Below, piece after piece: positions 24,434 to 37,320 of a stretch of 64,000 bases of DNA. The stretch is from NCBI RefSeq assembly GCF_009914755.1, contig NC_060935.1; one strand, written 5' to 3'. The first letter of the stretch is position 1. Every line of letters starts with the position of its first letter. The notes under the pieces were generated by a model. The model did no database searches, was not told the DNA's origin, and saw only the letters and a program-made list of their open reading frames with translations. Both the position numbers and the translations under genes were made by a program. This DNA comes from the human T2T-CHM13v2.0 reference genome, Homo sapiens.

Positions 24434-26849
24434 CTGCAGAGAGAAGGAAAGGGAGACAAGAAGAAATGACATCAGGAGGACGAGGTCAGCAGGTCCTCAG
24501 GGTTGTGACCAGAGGGATGGAACCCCAGGTCTAGATGTGGGACTTCAGCTGTGATACCCACAGCAGCCACCAGCCCTGCCACCCCAGGGAGAAGTTGGCA
24601 GGCGGGTGCCTGGGTGAGAGCCTGTGCACGCGCACAGACAGATGTAGCTGCCTCATCAAGAATGCTAGCTTTAATTACAGCAAAATAGAGAGGTAATAGA
24701 GTGACACAGAGAGAGAGCCCAGAGAGAAGCTGTAAGGAGACTGAGAAGACAAGAGTGCTGTGGGCAGGAAAGACCCAGGGGGCCCAGTCCTGACTAGCTC
24801 CACTTCTCCCAGGCCTGGCAGAGGTGACAGATCCAAGGTGTGTGCTTCTTTGGGGCCAGAGCTAAGCAGGCACCAAGGAACCCCAGGTGATGGCAGGAAG
24901 ATGAGCAGAGCTGTGTGCAGCTCTGACTCACGGCCAGAGCTGGCGCCCTCCAACATCTCCCATCCCAACCCCTCTCCTGGCTTGCCCAGGACTCCCTGCT
25001 TCCGCCCTCACCCAGGGGGCTGCCTGGGTCCCAAAGCAGGAAGGTCCTGGAGCCCTGCCCAGAAAGGAAGAGACAGCCATGAGGTGGGGGTGGGGGAGGG
25101 GGGAGAGGGGAGATTGACAGCCAGAGGAGGAAGGAGGCAGAGAGACAGATGGACAGAGAAGGACAGAGAGGGGTGTAAGTGAGAGAAACAGGAGAGTGGG
25201 AGCCGGAGATGAAGGCTCCCTCTCCCAGCCCTCCCCTACCCCACCCTCTCTCCCCTTCTCCTTCTCTTCTTCGCCAGCCGGCTGCTGGGGGCGGGTGTGA
25301 GGTCCCTAACGATCTCAGCCCCAAAATAAACCCCATTAGTCGCCATGTTCCCTCCTGCGGCTGACTGAGCTCTCTGGGGGTGGGGGTGGGGGTGGGGGGC
25401 TGGTCACCCAGTTTCCCGGAAAGGAGCCTTGTCTGGGAGGCCTGGAGGACTAGTACTCCATGGCCTGCAGAGAAGGGAAGGGAAGAGAACAATCTTGCAT
25501 TCTTTAGAACATAAATGGAGCAGATGAGATTCATAAAATGCTTAATTAAATAATTAGCCACTAATGACTCCTCACAAAGCACTTCTTGTGAGGAGAGGGG
25601 TTCAAGGGAGGACTTAAAGAAGGAGAGAAACAGATGAGGCCTAAGGGCAAAAGCCTAGACAGGGAGAAAATGTCAGTCTGGGGGTGGGAGAACTCTGGAG
25701 TCAGGAACTAGGAGCCTGCAGTGGGGGGCAGGAGGGCCTGCAGCACTTCTAAGGAGCAGGCCTTGCCAGCAGCCAAGGAGGTGGCCCAGTTGGTAACACT
25801 AGGCCGGGTTCCCTCAGGTACCTCGGGGTCTCTCGCCTCAGGGACTTGAACCCCCTTGTAGTTGGGGCAATCAGGGGTGAGGAGGCTCCATCCCAGGGAG
25901 CTCCTAGGACCCCAAAGGGGAGGGGCTGCCTGAGTGCTTTGGGGGGAGCCACCATCTGCAGGCCCAGGGAGGTGCTGAGGAGAGAAGGGAAGATTGTTGC
26001 CTGGTTCCCAAAGAGGTAGTGAGGCCAGCAGGGGGTTGGGGGAAGCAGGAGCCATGGGTCCCCTTGCTGTTCCCCAGAGCACCCACCATCAACACCTTCC
26101 ATCCCCCCAGAGTGAGAGGTGACCCTGGGAGGAAGGGCAGGAGGGAAAGAACCACCTGGATGGCTAATAACTGACATCTCACCTCTGCCTGTGGCCAAGA
26201 AACCACCCCCAGCAGACAGAGGGGGCTTGGCTCTGCCCTCCCCAGACCCAGGTGTCCTTTCTACCTGAGGGCCCTGGAGCACAGTGGTGAGCACTGAACC
26301 CTCAGGATGGGGCCCCAAGTCGAGGGCGGAGAGTTGGCTGACAGTGGGGTATGCAGTGACCCCCACCCCCACCCCATGTGGTCACCTGCCTGGAAGGGCA
26401 GCGCCTGGAGGTGGGGAGCCCAGTAGGCCTCAGCCGGTAACGGTCTCTCCACTCCCAGCACTGCAGCACTCCGGAAAATCGGCTGTTTCCATGACAACTG
26501 TAATACCCAGGGTCCTCCTCCCCACTCCACACAAGATGCACATCTGAATTTGGGGGGTGGGGCGGGCCAGGGGAGCAGAGATGCTGACCTTCCTCCACAC
26601 ACATTCCTACCCTCACCTTCCTGATCAGAGGCTGCAGCCTCTTCACCCCTGGGCTCCAGGGCCTCCCATTCAGAGAAGGCTTTATTGGGTTTCTTGATCC
26701 CTCAGACCAGGGAAGGAAACCAAGTCTACCTGCAGGCTGCCTCCAAATCCCCCAGGTCTAGGAGAAAAGAGGCCCTTTCTCTTCACTTCCCACCCCAGAT
26801 TCCAGACAGCAAGCACATCACCATGGACAGAGCCCTGTCTGTGCCCAGA

Positions 26850-27560
26850 GAGGGCGGGAGGAAAAAGCCGGCCAAATGCCCCACTGGGCAGGCAGTGAGG
26901 CAGGAGGGATCAGAGGCGGTGCCCAGCGCCCAAGCCCCAGGCCCCACACCCACACACAGGCGGCGACGCACCCAGCTGCACACAAAGACCCAGCGTAGAG
27001 AGGCAGACCCCCGACAGGAGGCGAAGCAGCCAGGAAACATGGCGGTGAAGGCACAAAGACAGACCAGGGAAGGCGGCCCCAGGACAGGGACTGGCCAAGC
27101 GTGGGACAGGGCGCACGCGTCCCCGCCCCCGAGGCCCGCGGCGCACAGGCTGCCCAAGCCCAGACCTCCCCTGGGATTTATCACCCAGCCGTTCTCACAC
27201 TGCTGCCAGTTTATTACGCTGGGCGGGTCTGTTAAAGCCTAAGGGCGTTTATTACACTGTGGGGGGACTGGGCGGAGAGACACTTCTTGGGCAGAAGAGG
27301 TGAAGGATGAATGGTTTATTGGACTGGGGCGGCAGTAATTACCCTGGGGAGACATTTCTCTCCCCAGCACCGCGGCTGCCTCCGGAGCGCAGAAGGCTGG
27401 GGTTCGGGAGACCGCGGGGCTGGGAGGCGTGGCTTCCGCCAGGCCCCTCCCCAGCCGCGCTCCGGAGGCGCCTTCAGCCTCTCACCCCGGCAAGCTGTCC
27501 TCGGCCCTGCCCACGGACTCCCCCAGGGAAGGCACAGCTGTCTTCTAGGAGACACGGAGC
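26850..27560. promoter_or_regulatory. Intronic CpG-rich island, putative regulatory element
   Basis: Local CpG enrichment, GC boxes and TTTAT motifs, with no known exon. Confidence 0.55.
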
Positions 27561-29479
27561 GCAAAATAGGGCACCACATCTAGAACCTGACAGGCTCCAG
27601 AAAGGGTCTGAAAGGCAAGAGGGGCCTAAGCCAAGGCCCAAAAATGTTGCCCAAGGGTGGTGTAGACCAATTGTTTTTGACCTCTCTAGGAAACCACCAG
27701 TGAGCTGAATTGTGCATAACATTTCAGAGAGAACTACACACCTGAAGCCTAAGGCAAGAAAGCCTCTGGCCAAACACAAGATGCCATAGGCCCAGGTTCG
27801 GCACCTTCTGCCCATGTCCAATATAGTCTCCTCAATACCTCCTAGACCCAGAAATTCACTCATCCAGTGAAATACTCTAAATGTTCAAGAATATTCCATG
27901 CAGTCCCACACACACCTGCATTCTAGAAAAAAACCAACCAACCATTAATAATGGTTAGCTAACCCAGACCCAAACAACATAATCATCCATGTAGAAAACC
28001 ACCCATGCAGTGATGCCCCTGTGGTTAAAACTACATGTGCAGAACCTCTGCCTGCCTGTGTGCCTGCAGCATCTGAAGCCATGAAAGAAAACCTTCTGGA
28101 ATATCTAGACTTGTGAGAGGATAAAACATCCTGCACAACCCAGAAAAGCCATGGCCCTAGTGCTCGCAGCCCACACCAGCGCTTTGTACATGAACCTTTA
28201 CATCCCAGATAGAGAGATCTCTAATGGTCTAGATCCCTGTGCTCAGCTGTCTCTTGATCTAGGATCCCAGAACACAGCCTTTCAATTCCTAACCCCCTGC
28301 TTGGCCATAAACCATCCAGTCAGAAATCCAAGTTAACACACCCTGTTCAGAAACAAAATAAATGCTAGCCCCCTTTATAAGCTGGAGTGATAAACCTGGA
28401 ACCCATGGAAGCTACTGACTCAGAAATTAGCAGGGATTGACCACTCCATTCCTGGCCCGACAGTACCAGAAATGAACACGGTGGGGTGGGAGGAACCTCA
28501 AGGACTCTGAAACCAGAATTGGGGATCCAGGACCAGGAGAGTGTCACCCCTGGGCTCAGCTCATTTTTAGGACCCAGGTGTGCCAGTCCTCCCATGCCCC
28601 AGACAGACATCAGGTACAGGAGTGGCAATGGGTGTCTGGCAGGTAAGGACATTATGTAACAGGAAGAGTTGGGGGGGATGGCAGGGTAAATGGGGGATGG
28701 TGTGAAGAGAAGAGAGGAGAGAAGGCAAGTAGAAACACAGTGAGACCCCAAAAGAAGGCAAGTGGAGAAGCTGGTGCAGAAAGGAGAGAGGCTGCCTCCC
28801 ACTGGGGATGCTAGGGAGACACTGGGCAGAGAGGAAGCCTGGCCTGGAAAGGCCTCCTGAGCTGGCCTGGTCCTCCAGCCAAGTGTAGGGTCCCAAGAAG
28901 AGCCTGTCTTTTCACCTCTCCCACCATAGTTAATGGTTAACGGGAGCAAAGGTGGGGTTCAGCCAGGACAGGTGGCCTCATCCCTTCTCCTCCTTTCCTT
29001 GGGCCCTCGTCCTTCCTCTCAGCTGCCCCACCCTTCACAGGCTCCTCCCCCACACCTCCCACCCCCTTCTATCGCCATCCTGGAGCACCCTCCAGATGGC
29101 TCTTCCTGTTTCCACCAGGCACTGGTCCTCTTTCTCCTCTGCACAGCAAAGGGGTGGCCATCTCTGAGGTGATCCTAAGGCCAACATTCCATACCCTGTC
29201 CTCCATACTCTTCTGGCCACTTTCAATCCCTCTGTCCAGCTTTTGCTCCTTCACGGAATCTTCCTTGGGCACTCTGGCTCCCAGGCCCTCCTTCCTACCT
29301 GCTCAGGGTCCCTCAGCCAGTTCCTCTCTCCTACACCTTCCTCTTCCACACTCTCTTCATCCTGCAAAGCTCCCCAGTATCCCTGACTTCCTTTATCTAT
29401 CTGACTCCTTCATGCTTTGCCTCACTGCCCAGAAAGACCATGGCCTATCTGGGCACCTTTGGGGGCAACACTGGGCCTC

Positions 29480-31380
29480 AAGGGAGCCAGAAGGAGACAA
29501 TGAAAGGGGGAGGAAGGTAACAAAGAGCCAGAGAGTTCCTGGGGAGGGGGAGGGAGTTAAGGTCCAGGAGCAAGGGGTTGGGTGGGGTCATGGAAGAAGA
29601 GAAGGAAACTGAAGAGTGTTGCCTGAGAGGAGCCAGGTGGGACAGAGATAAGATGAGGCAAACTGTATTCGGGATGAGAGAATAAAAGAATGGAGGAAAG
29701 AGTTTGAAGGAAGTGCTCCAGGGAAACTGGATGAAGAGAAAACGGAAGCATGAAAAGGGAGATAAAGATAAAGTAGGAGAAAAGGAAGAAGACCAGCAAA
29801 TGAGCAGAAAGATTGGAGGTGATACAGGGGCAGGATTGGGAAGCAAAGAGGGACTGGCATGGAGCAAGAATGGGGAGGCACCCAGGGGCACAGATGGGAA
29901 GGGTGAAAATACAGGAATGGAAGATGATGGAGGAGCAAAAATGGAGTAAAGAATAAGAGGGGATGGAGAGACAGAAACAGGAAGTGATGAGGGTACAAGG
30001 ATAGGAAGGGAGAGAAGTGCAGACATGGGAGGCCACCTGGGTACAAAGCGAGAACTGATGAAGGCACAGCGATGAGAGGGAATGGGAGCATGGAGGTGTC
30101 AGAGAACCCTGATGGGAGGCGACGGACATGGAAGGTGAAGAGAGAGGGGCACAGAGAGGAGAGGACATGAATAGGAGGACAGGTATGTGAGGTGTTGAGA
30201 GCACAGGGATGGGATGAGATGGGACAGGATGGGATGGGATGGAGGCACAGAAATGGGAGGTGAGAGAGGTACAGAGATAGAGGTAATGGGGCTACCCTCT
30301 GAAAGGTAATGACAAGGTGCAGAGATGGGAAGTGATGAATAGACTAAAATGGGAGGTGAGGAGGTCCCTGGGATGCAAGTGACAGAAGTCCTGAGATGGA
30401 ACGTGGAGGGACTGAGGTGGAAAGTGATGGGGCTGACATGAGATGAAATAAAATGTGAAGAGGGCCAGATGTAGAAGGTAATGGGGAGGACAGAGCTTGG
30501 GAGTGATGGGGGCACAGAGTATGGAGGACAGAGATGGAAGGTGACAGGTACAGGGGTGAGAAGAGATGGCATGCAGAGAATCTTAGGGGTCTAAGATATG
30601 AAGTGATGGGGGGCCTGAGATGGGGCTGAGGAAGGACGGAAATGAGAAGGTGATGGGGTCTGAGAAGGAAGGTTAAGTTTTTCCATAGATGGTTATGAGG
30701 GGCAGAGATAGGAGGTGATTGTAAGTGGACAGCGATAGAGGACTGACACAGGAGGGGAAGCCTGGAAACGGGAAGTGCTGGACCTACAGAGGTGAGATGC
30801 TGGGGGTCAGAGGTAGAGACAGAGCAGAGATGAGGGGACATGGAAGGGAGACACTAGAGATTAGGGGAACAAGGATGGGAGAATGGCGGGACAGTGGAGT
30901 GAGTTGGGAGGTGATGGAAGGCCAGTCATGGGAAAAGAAAGGAAGGTTGCTAGAGGGATGGAGGTAAAACAGAGACATACATGAAGAGGTCAAGGAGGAA
31001 GAGACATGTCAGAGGCAGAAATGACAGATGTGACAGAGGTGGGAGAGAGGTGAAGGGGGAGAGATGACAGACCAGCGATGGAAGGGTGAGGGTGAGGCAG
31101 AGGTGGAGGCAAGACAGATGGAGAGATGATAAGGGGCCGAGATGGAGAAGGTGATGCGCAAGAGAAATGGAAGGCAGAGCTGCACGGAGAGGATGAAAGG
31201 ACAGACAGGGCGGGGAGGGTAAGGAAGTAGAAGGAGATAATGAACCAGACCTAGGGGTAAGCAGGTTTAGGTGAGGCCAGGAAGCAAAGTGCTGAAGACA
31301 GAGATGAGGGTGATGGGGGAGAGGAGAGATGGAGGCAAGGGTGGGGCTGAGATGATGGGAGCTGGAGATTGGAGGTGAAG
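29480..31380. repeat. GA-rich degenerate tandem tract (unit ~GGCACAGAGATGGGAGGTGA)
   Basis: Extreme purine bias on the + strand with a recurring unit. Confidence 0.75.
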
Positions 31381-32950
31381 GGGCTCCGGGACGCAAAGCA
31401 GAGGGGCCAGGCTCGGCGTGCACAGCTGGGGTGGGGCCCGCGGGGGCCCAGCTGCGCACACGGGAAGCGCCCCCCGCCCCCGGGCCAACCGGGTGGCCGG
31501 CATCTACAGTGCCACTTACCGTGGCCGCCGCGGGTGAGGAAGGGCATGCGGTTGATGGCGATGGGCACGGTGCCGTGCTTGCTGTGGAAGTGGTGGACGT
31601 GGTGGGTGGTGCTGAGGCTGGAGGAGACCCGGGCCCCCTCGGCCGCCCCCAGCAGCAACAGCAGCAACAGCGGCAACAGCGGCAGCAGAGGTGGCGGCGG
31701 CGGCGGTGGAGGCGGCGGCAGGGGCCCAGCCAGGGCCGGGGGGCGGCGCGGGCACCCCCCCGGCCCGCTCCCCCCGGGGGGCATTTCGGCCCGGGGGCGA
31801 CCGCCTCACAGCCCCATGGCCGGGGGCGGGGACGCGGGGCTGCGCAGCCCCGCGAAGCCCCCCTCCGGCTCCGAGCTCCGGGAGCGGGGTAGGGATGAAG
31901 CGGAGGTAAACCAGGGCCCAAGCCTCGGTCCGGAGCCAACAAAATCAACTGGATCCCGCCGGGAAATCGGGGGTCCGCGGAGCGGCAACGCCAAGGTCCA
32001 GGATGCCTGGGTCCATCGCGAGGAGCTAGGGGTCTCTCTGCATCCCGGCGGGGTCGGAGCGGCGCAGAGGGCCGTCAGAAACCCGGGGGAGCGCCCGGGG
32101 GAGGGGGCATGGTGCCGAGTGGAGAGGGAGGGGAGCGCGGGGGCCAAGCAGGGAGGGGAGAGCGAGGGAAATCCTGCGGAAAAACCGAGCTGGGGAGCGG
32201 GGCGGTGCGGGCTGGAGGAGAGAAGAGGGACGGAGACCTGGTTCCCCCGAAGGCGGGAGACCGACGGCGACTGGGGCCGGCCGCGCCGCTGCTGCCGCTG
32301 CCGCCCGACGGAGGCCGGGGGAAAGGAGGGAGCGGCCGGGGGAGGGGGGGGCGGGAGAAGGGGGAAGGGAAGCAAATCCGGGTGAGGGGGGAATGAAGGG
32401 ATAGGAGAGGAGGGGATAGGAGAGGAGGGGAGCGGGGCTGAGCCGAGGAAAGGCGCGAGCCTGCGAGATTCCGGCGGAGAGATGGAGGCAGCGAAGTGTT
32501 GCTGCAGAGGCTGAGAGGGCTGGAAGGGAGAGGGAGGGAGGGAGAGAGGGAGAGAGGGAGAGAGGGAGGGAGGGAGGGAAGGAGGAGAGCGGAGAGGGGA
32601 GGGGAAGCGCGGGAGGAGGAGGGGGCAGGGCGGAGGGACCAGAGCGGCTCCCGATCTGCGGGCGGCGCTGGGCAGCTCAGCCGCGCGGCACCTGGCTAGC
32701 CCGCTCGGCGCTCTCCTCTCCTCTGCGCGCGCCCGCCCCTCCCCCGCGCCTGGACGCGCGCGCTCCTCCTGCACCCCCCTCCTGGAGAAGGGACCCTGCT
32801 GAATAATGGAACGGGATTGAGGCTAGCAAGAGAGGCCACTTTCTTCCTCCCCGCCCACCCCACCCGGATGAACCCCAATAATGCTCTCTGGCACAGCCTG
32901 CTGAGATGCCGCGGCGGCCACCTCTGCACCACCCCTCGCAACGCACGTGC
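31380..32950 (-). promoter_or_regulatory. NRXN2: Beta-neurexin-2 CpG-island promoter and 5' UTR
   Basis: Dense CpG and GC boxes upstream of the beta ATG. The TSS cannot be fixed from sequence alone. Confidence 0.85.
31520..31784 (-). CDS. NRXN2: Beta-neurexin-2 first coding exon: signal peptide (polyPro/polyLeu) and His-rich segment ([10 protein letters not shown]...[10 protein letters not shown]...RGGH-A)
   Basis: ATG at 31784; CACG|gtaagt donor, phase 1; characteristic beta-neurexin N-terminus. Confidence 0.97.
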
Positions 32951-35900
32951 ACACTGAGATGTGTATCGGCTTGGGTATGGAAACATCCACGTGCCCATAT
33001 GGGCACAGTGTGCGGGTAGGCACACAGGCTCAGACACATACATGCATGCATGTGCTCACAGACACTGGCACACCAACTTACTCTCAGGGGAGCATATACA
33101 CATGCTCACAGGGCATACATCCGTGCACACACACGTTTGATCACAGGACATGAATGGCCAACATACACACAGACACCCCTGCTCCCCAAGCTCACCCTCC
33201 AAAATAGGGTCCACAGCATACAGTGCACCCAGAGCCTTCGAGGTACTCAGGAATAAGACATGCCACACACGTACAACTCCCCACCACCTCCCCAAAAAGC
33301 TGCTCCCCCAGCCCCCTGCACAAGCCTCTCCTGGACTCCTCCAATCCTTCCTCTCCACTACCACTGCCCCTCCCCCAGCCCCAACCTCTCCCTCCATGGG
33401 GGGTCTAGAGGACACCTGCCCACTGAGTGTCCCATTTAGGACAAAACCCTTCCTGGGCCACGTATGTCAAGCTGAGGAAACCACTTCTCCTTCAGGATGC
33501 CCTCCAATTGGGTTCTGTCCCCCAAACTTTTGGACGCTCTGGAAAGCACCTGTGGCCCCAGAGGTAAGCACAGAGAGACTCCTTTCCCGTCACCGGGTCG
33601 TATGCACCAACCTGCTCGGACAGGGGAGAGGGTGGGAAGGCAGAGGGTAGAGGAGGAGGGAAAGGAGGAGAGAGGTGGAGAGGGCACCTGGGGGAGCTGA
33701 AGAAACAGTGCAGCGGAGTGAGGAGGAGGGCTGGGTAAGGAAAGGACAGGAGGCAGGGGCGGGTGAAGTGAGAAAGGGGAGGGCTGGGAGAGAGGAGGCT
33801 GGGAGGGGCTGGAGAGAGCTGGCTCCTATTTATTGATTCTAAACTCCATTTGGGAGCAAAAACTGTCACCACGAGCCCCATGTGCCACCCCCAGCTCCAG
33901 GATGCAGTCAGGACCCAGGACATCTCCCCAATGCTGCTGCCAGTCCTCCATCCCTACTACATGCCAGAGCTGGATTTGGCCCCCAGGTCTTTAGAAGTGA
34001 AGAAAGCGGTCCTCAGAGGCACCCAGAGGAGGCTTCCGGTGGTGCAGGGCCCCGAGCCATGCAGTGCTGGAGGAGAGACTGCATGCCAGGAGCAGGGCTG
34101 GGGCCCCCAGAGGCCACGTCCTCCTGCCCTCTCTATCACGTTCTTGGGCCCCTGGATCTGGAATATAGACTGACACAGCTCTGAGCAGGCAGAAAATTTA
34201 TGGTTCCACAGGGAGGGAGGGAGGAGCCGGTGGCGAGAGGAAAGGAAGGGAAACCGCCTAGAGGCCAATCAATACCAGTGAGTGGGAACTGGAGAGAGAT
34301 GGGGGGGCCAAGGCTGAGAAGGGAGGGGGAGATATAGAGGGTAAAAAAGAAGGGAAAGACAGAGGTATGTAAGAGATCAATAGAGACTGCAGAGATGAAC
34401 GGAGACAGGGAGGCAGAGATGGTAAGGAATTGACCGCCTGGGAGAGGCAGGAGACAGGCTCTGAAAGACAGAGGAGTAAGCAGGCCTGATGGGAACACCT
34501 CGGTCCCAAATCTCAGCCCTGGGAAGTGTCTCTTTTAGCTACCCTTTCTCATTTCATATTCTCTTTTTCATTTGCTGTCCACTTTCCTCCATCTCATCTT
34601 TTCTCTCCTGTCTTCCCAGAGCAGACACTCATAAGCCTTAAAGGAACACAAAGTCCCCTCCACCCCCAGGAGTAGTCCCCATGTCACAGATGGAGAAATT
34701 GAGGTGGTAAGTGGGGAAAAGTTGTTCTGAAGGTGTGACCTCTCCTCACCCTAGTCTCTCCCCCACCAGACAGCTCCAACCCCCAGCCCCACCCTTCAGA
34801 GGACAGGCCCTGCTCCTTCCACCTTTGCCATTTCTACCCTCTTTCCTCTCTTGAAACCAGGGCCTGCCTGCGCCCCCAGGGCCTCCCACGGGTGAAGGCA
34901 GAGCTAACTGAACGGGTCTCTCTGCTGGGTTCCTGCCTGACCTTGTACATCACAGGGCCCCAAGAAGACGTGCCATAGAAACAGAGCATGAAAAACCAGA
35001 GACAAGCTAGGAAGGAGGAGTAGCCCTGGGAGAAGAGAGGATTGGGTCCCACTCCCAAGATTCCTGCCCTGCCCTCCAGGGGCGGAGATCTCAGCATTAC
35101 CCCAGAGCCAGAGCTCAGAGCAGCAGCACACTGAGCCCTGTGTGGCCCCCAGGTTGCACCCACCTTGTCTTAGCTCCACAGCTTTGCAGAGACCAGTGCT
35201 TGGGGATGGTGACGCCTCCCAAGATGCACCCTGCTCCCCAGCCCCAACTCTCCCTCCCTCCCACCAGCCTGGTACCCAAAGAAGTTGCTCTTCCTATCCC
35301 TGCTGAAAGGTAGCACAACCCTCACTTCCCATCCATCTCATGCCCCCTTTCCAGAAGGCTCCACTGTGTGGGAGTGAAGCAGTGGCGACGGGCAGCAGCG
35401 CTTCGTGATCCTGATTTCTTCCACCCCAGGCAAGAAGTGCCCACCATGGGTACCACCACCACCCCTCCCCCGAGGACTAAATGAGCAGCAGGGAGTGACA
35501 AACAGTCAGGTGCACCTAAGTTCCAGCCAAGCTCTACCATCGACACTCTATGACTTGGGGTGAGTAACTGCCTCTTACTGAGGCCTGGGTTTCCGTATCA
35601 GTTAAACACAAAGGCCACTGCCTTCTCTGAGGATCAAATTAAAAGGGCCTTGTAGCAGCAAAACATGAAACTATTAGTGGGGAGTGTTACTATTAAGCAA
35701 CGAAGTTACCATCATCTCCAGATCTGTGCAAAACTGAGTTAGCTGGAGGGGAAGAGGTCCAGCCACAGCCAGGTCTCCATGCCTTGGCAGTCAGGGCTGG
35801 AACACCCTCAGCTGGCCATTGTCTGGAGGCTTTGGAAGGCACAGACAGCAGCAGGTCAAGTAAGGAAAATCTTGGGAGACAGAGTGGAGATGTGGTGGTA

Positions 35901-36188
35901 CCCAAGGGCTGGACATGCCTAAGAACACGAGGAAAGCACTGAGGGAGATGGGGTAGACATTTTTTTCAAAGGGGAAAGAAAAACTAACACCACCCAAGAG
36001 CTCCTGGACCCAGTAGGTTTCTCCTGTAAGAAACTCAGGACTCATGCCCAGGTGATGAAGGTCCCGCAGTGTGGTATGGAGGCAAAGGCACTGACTGGAG
36101 TCTCACCCCAAATCTGCTATGAACTACCTCCAGAAATCGACTGTCCCTCTCCAGCCGTATTCCATGTCTGTAAAATGGAGACGCTTCG

Positions 36189-36189
<1 letters not shown>

Positions 36190-36219
<30 letters not shown>
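36190..36219. repeat. (TG)15 microsatellite
   Basis: Direct reading. Confidence 0.95.
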
Positions 36220-36220
<1 letters not shown>

Positions 36221-37200
36221 ATGTGTGTGTGCGTGCCTGTGTGTGTTTCTTCCCAGGCAGTTGACTTTTCTGCTTGGTCTCTCAGCAGGACCCCAGGGAA
36301 GATGATTCAAGCAATGCTGAGGAGGCTGCACTCTGCCCACCCACTCCAGCCCCATCATCCAAGGGAAATGCCAAAGCTACCCCACAGAGTAGAAGGTTGC
36401 CTCCCCGCCATTCCTGCCTCAGCTGCCCTCCCTCTGCAGGGCTCTAACCAGCTGCAGGCCACCAACCACTAGGGACTGGGAGCTGCTGCTGACCCTGCCC
36501 TCTCTGGGGAGGGGCCTCAAACAGAATGCAAGTTGGCAATCAGATGTCCAGCCTAGGAGGAAAAGAACCAAGCGAAGACAGTAGGGAGTGACCTTGTGGC
36601 TCAAGGGGACAAACTGCAGCCGGGATTATTGGGGAAGAAAGAGGAGCCCATTCCAGGGAAACCAGCTGTCCAGCAGCCTGGCCTCCTGGAAGCCTCCAGA
36701 GCCTGTCCTCTGGGGTGTGGTCCTGCTCTCAGCAGGAAATAACAGATTCCCACTTCATGCCCTGAGGGCACCAAAGGGGGTGCAGATTGTTAACAGCCCC
36801 CCTCCCTGTGCAATAGTGTGTCTGTGTGAGGTACAAGTACATGTAAGGCCATCACCAAAACTACACAGGACAGCAGCAAGTTCACCCCACTAAGGCCAAC
36901 ACCTTTGGTTTTGGGTGAAGGGAGCAGGGTCCCACCAGCTGAGAACAAGGAGGAGAGGCCATCTATCAGTGGGTCCCCCCAGAGCTTCAGGCAGCAGCAA
37001 TCCTGCACAGCCCCAGGAGAAAGACCCTATGAGGGGACAGCAGGCCACAGCTCCCCTGGGACTCTGCAGACAAGGGATGAGAAGGAAGAAGCAGCACAGC
37101 TCCTGAATGCTCAGAGGCCCTGTTTCCTCCCTGGCAGCCCCTATGGCTGGGAATGGACCCTGGTCTCCCCAAACTGCCCCCAGCCCTCCCAGGCACTCAC

Positions 37201-37320
37201 GATCATTGCAGACAGGGCCTCCATAGGAAGTCATGGTGCAGTCGCAGGTGAAGCCATCCCACTGCTGCAAGCAGACGCCCTGGTTGGCACAGGACTCTTC
37301 AGTGCAGGTGGTGCTGGGGC
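37201..37320 (-). CDS. NRXN2: NRXN2 alpha exon, 120 nt: EGF3 ([17 protein letters not shown]...VCND)
   Basis: ttccag|GC acceptor, ATC|gtgagt donor; six Cys. Confidence 0.97.

Noticed and set aside
27540-28370. Apparent excess of CTAG/TCTAGA words
   Set aside because: No clear repeat unit or spacing; cannot distinguish from chance without a computed background.
30950-32774. Several ORFs over 300 aa across the beta promoter
   Set aside because: Stop-poor CpG-island sequence; only 31520-31784 matches neurexin.
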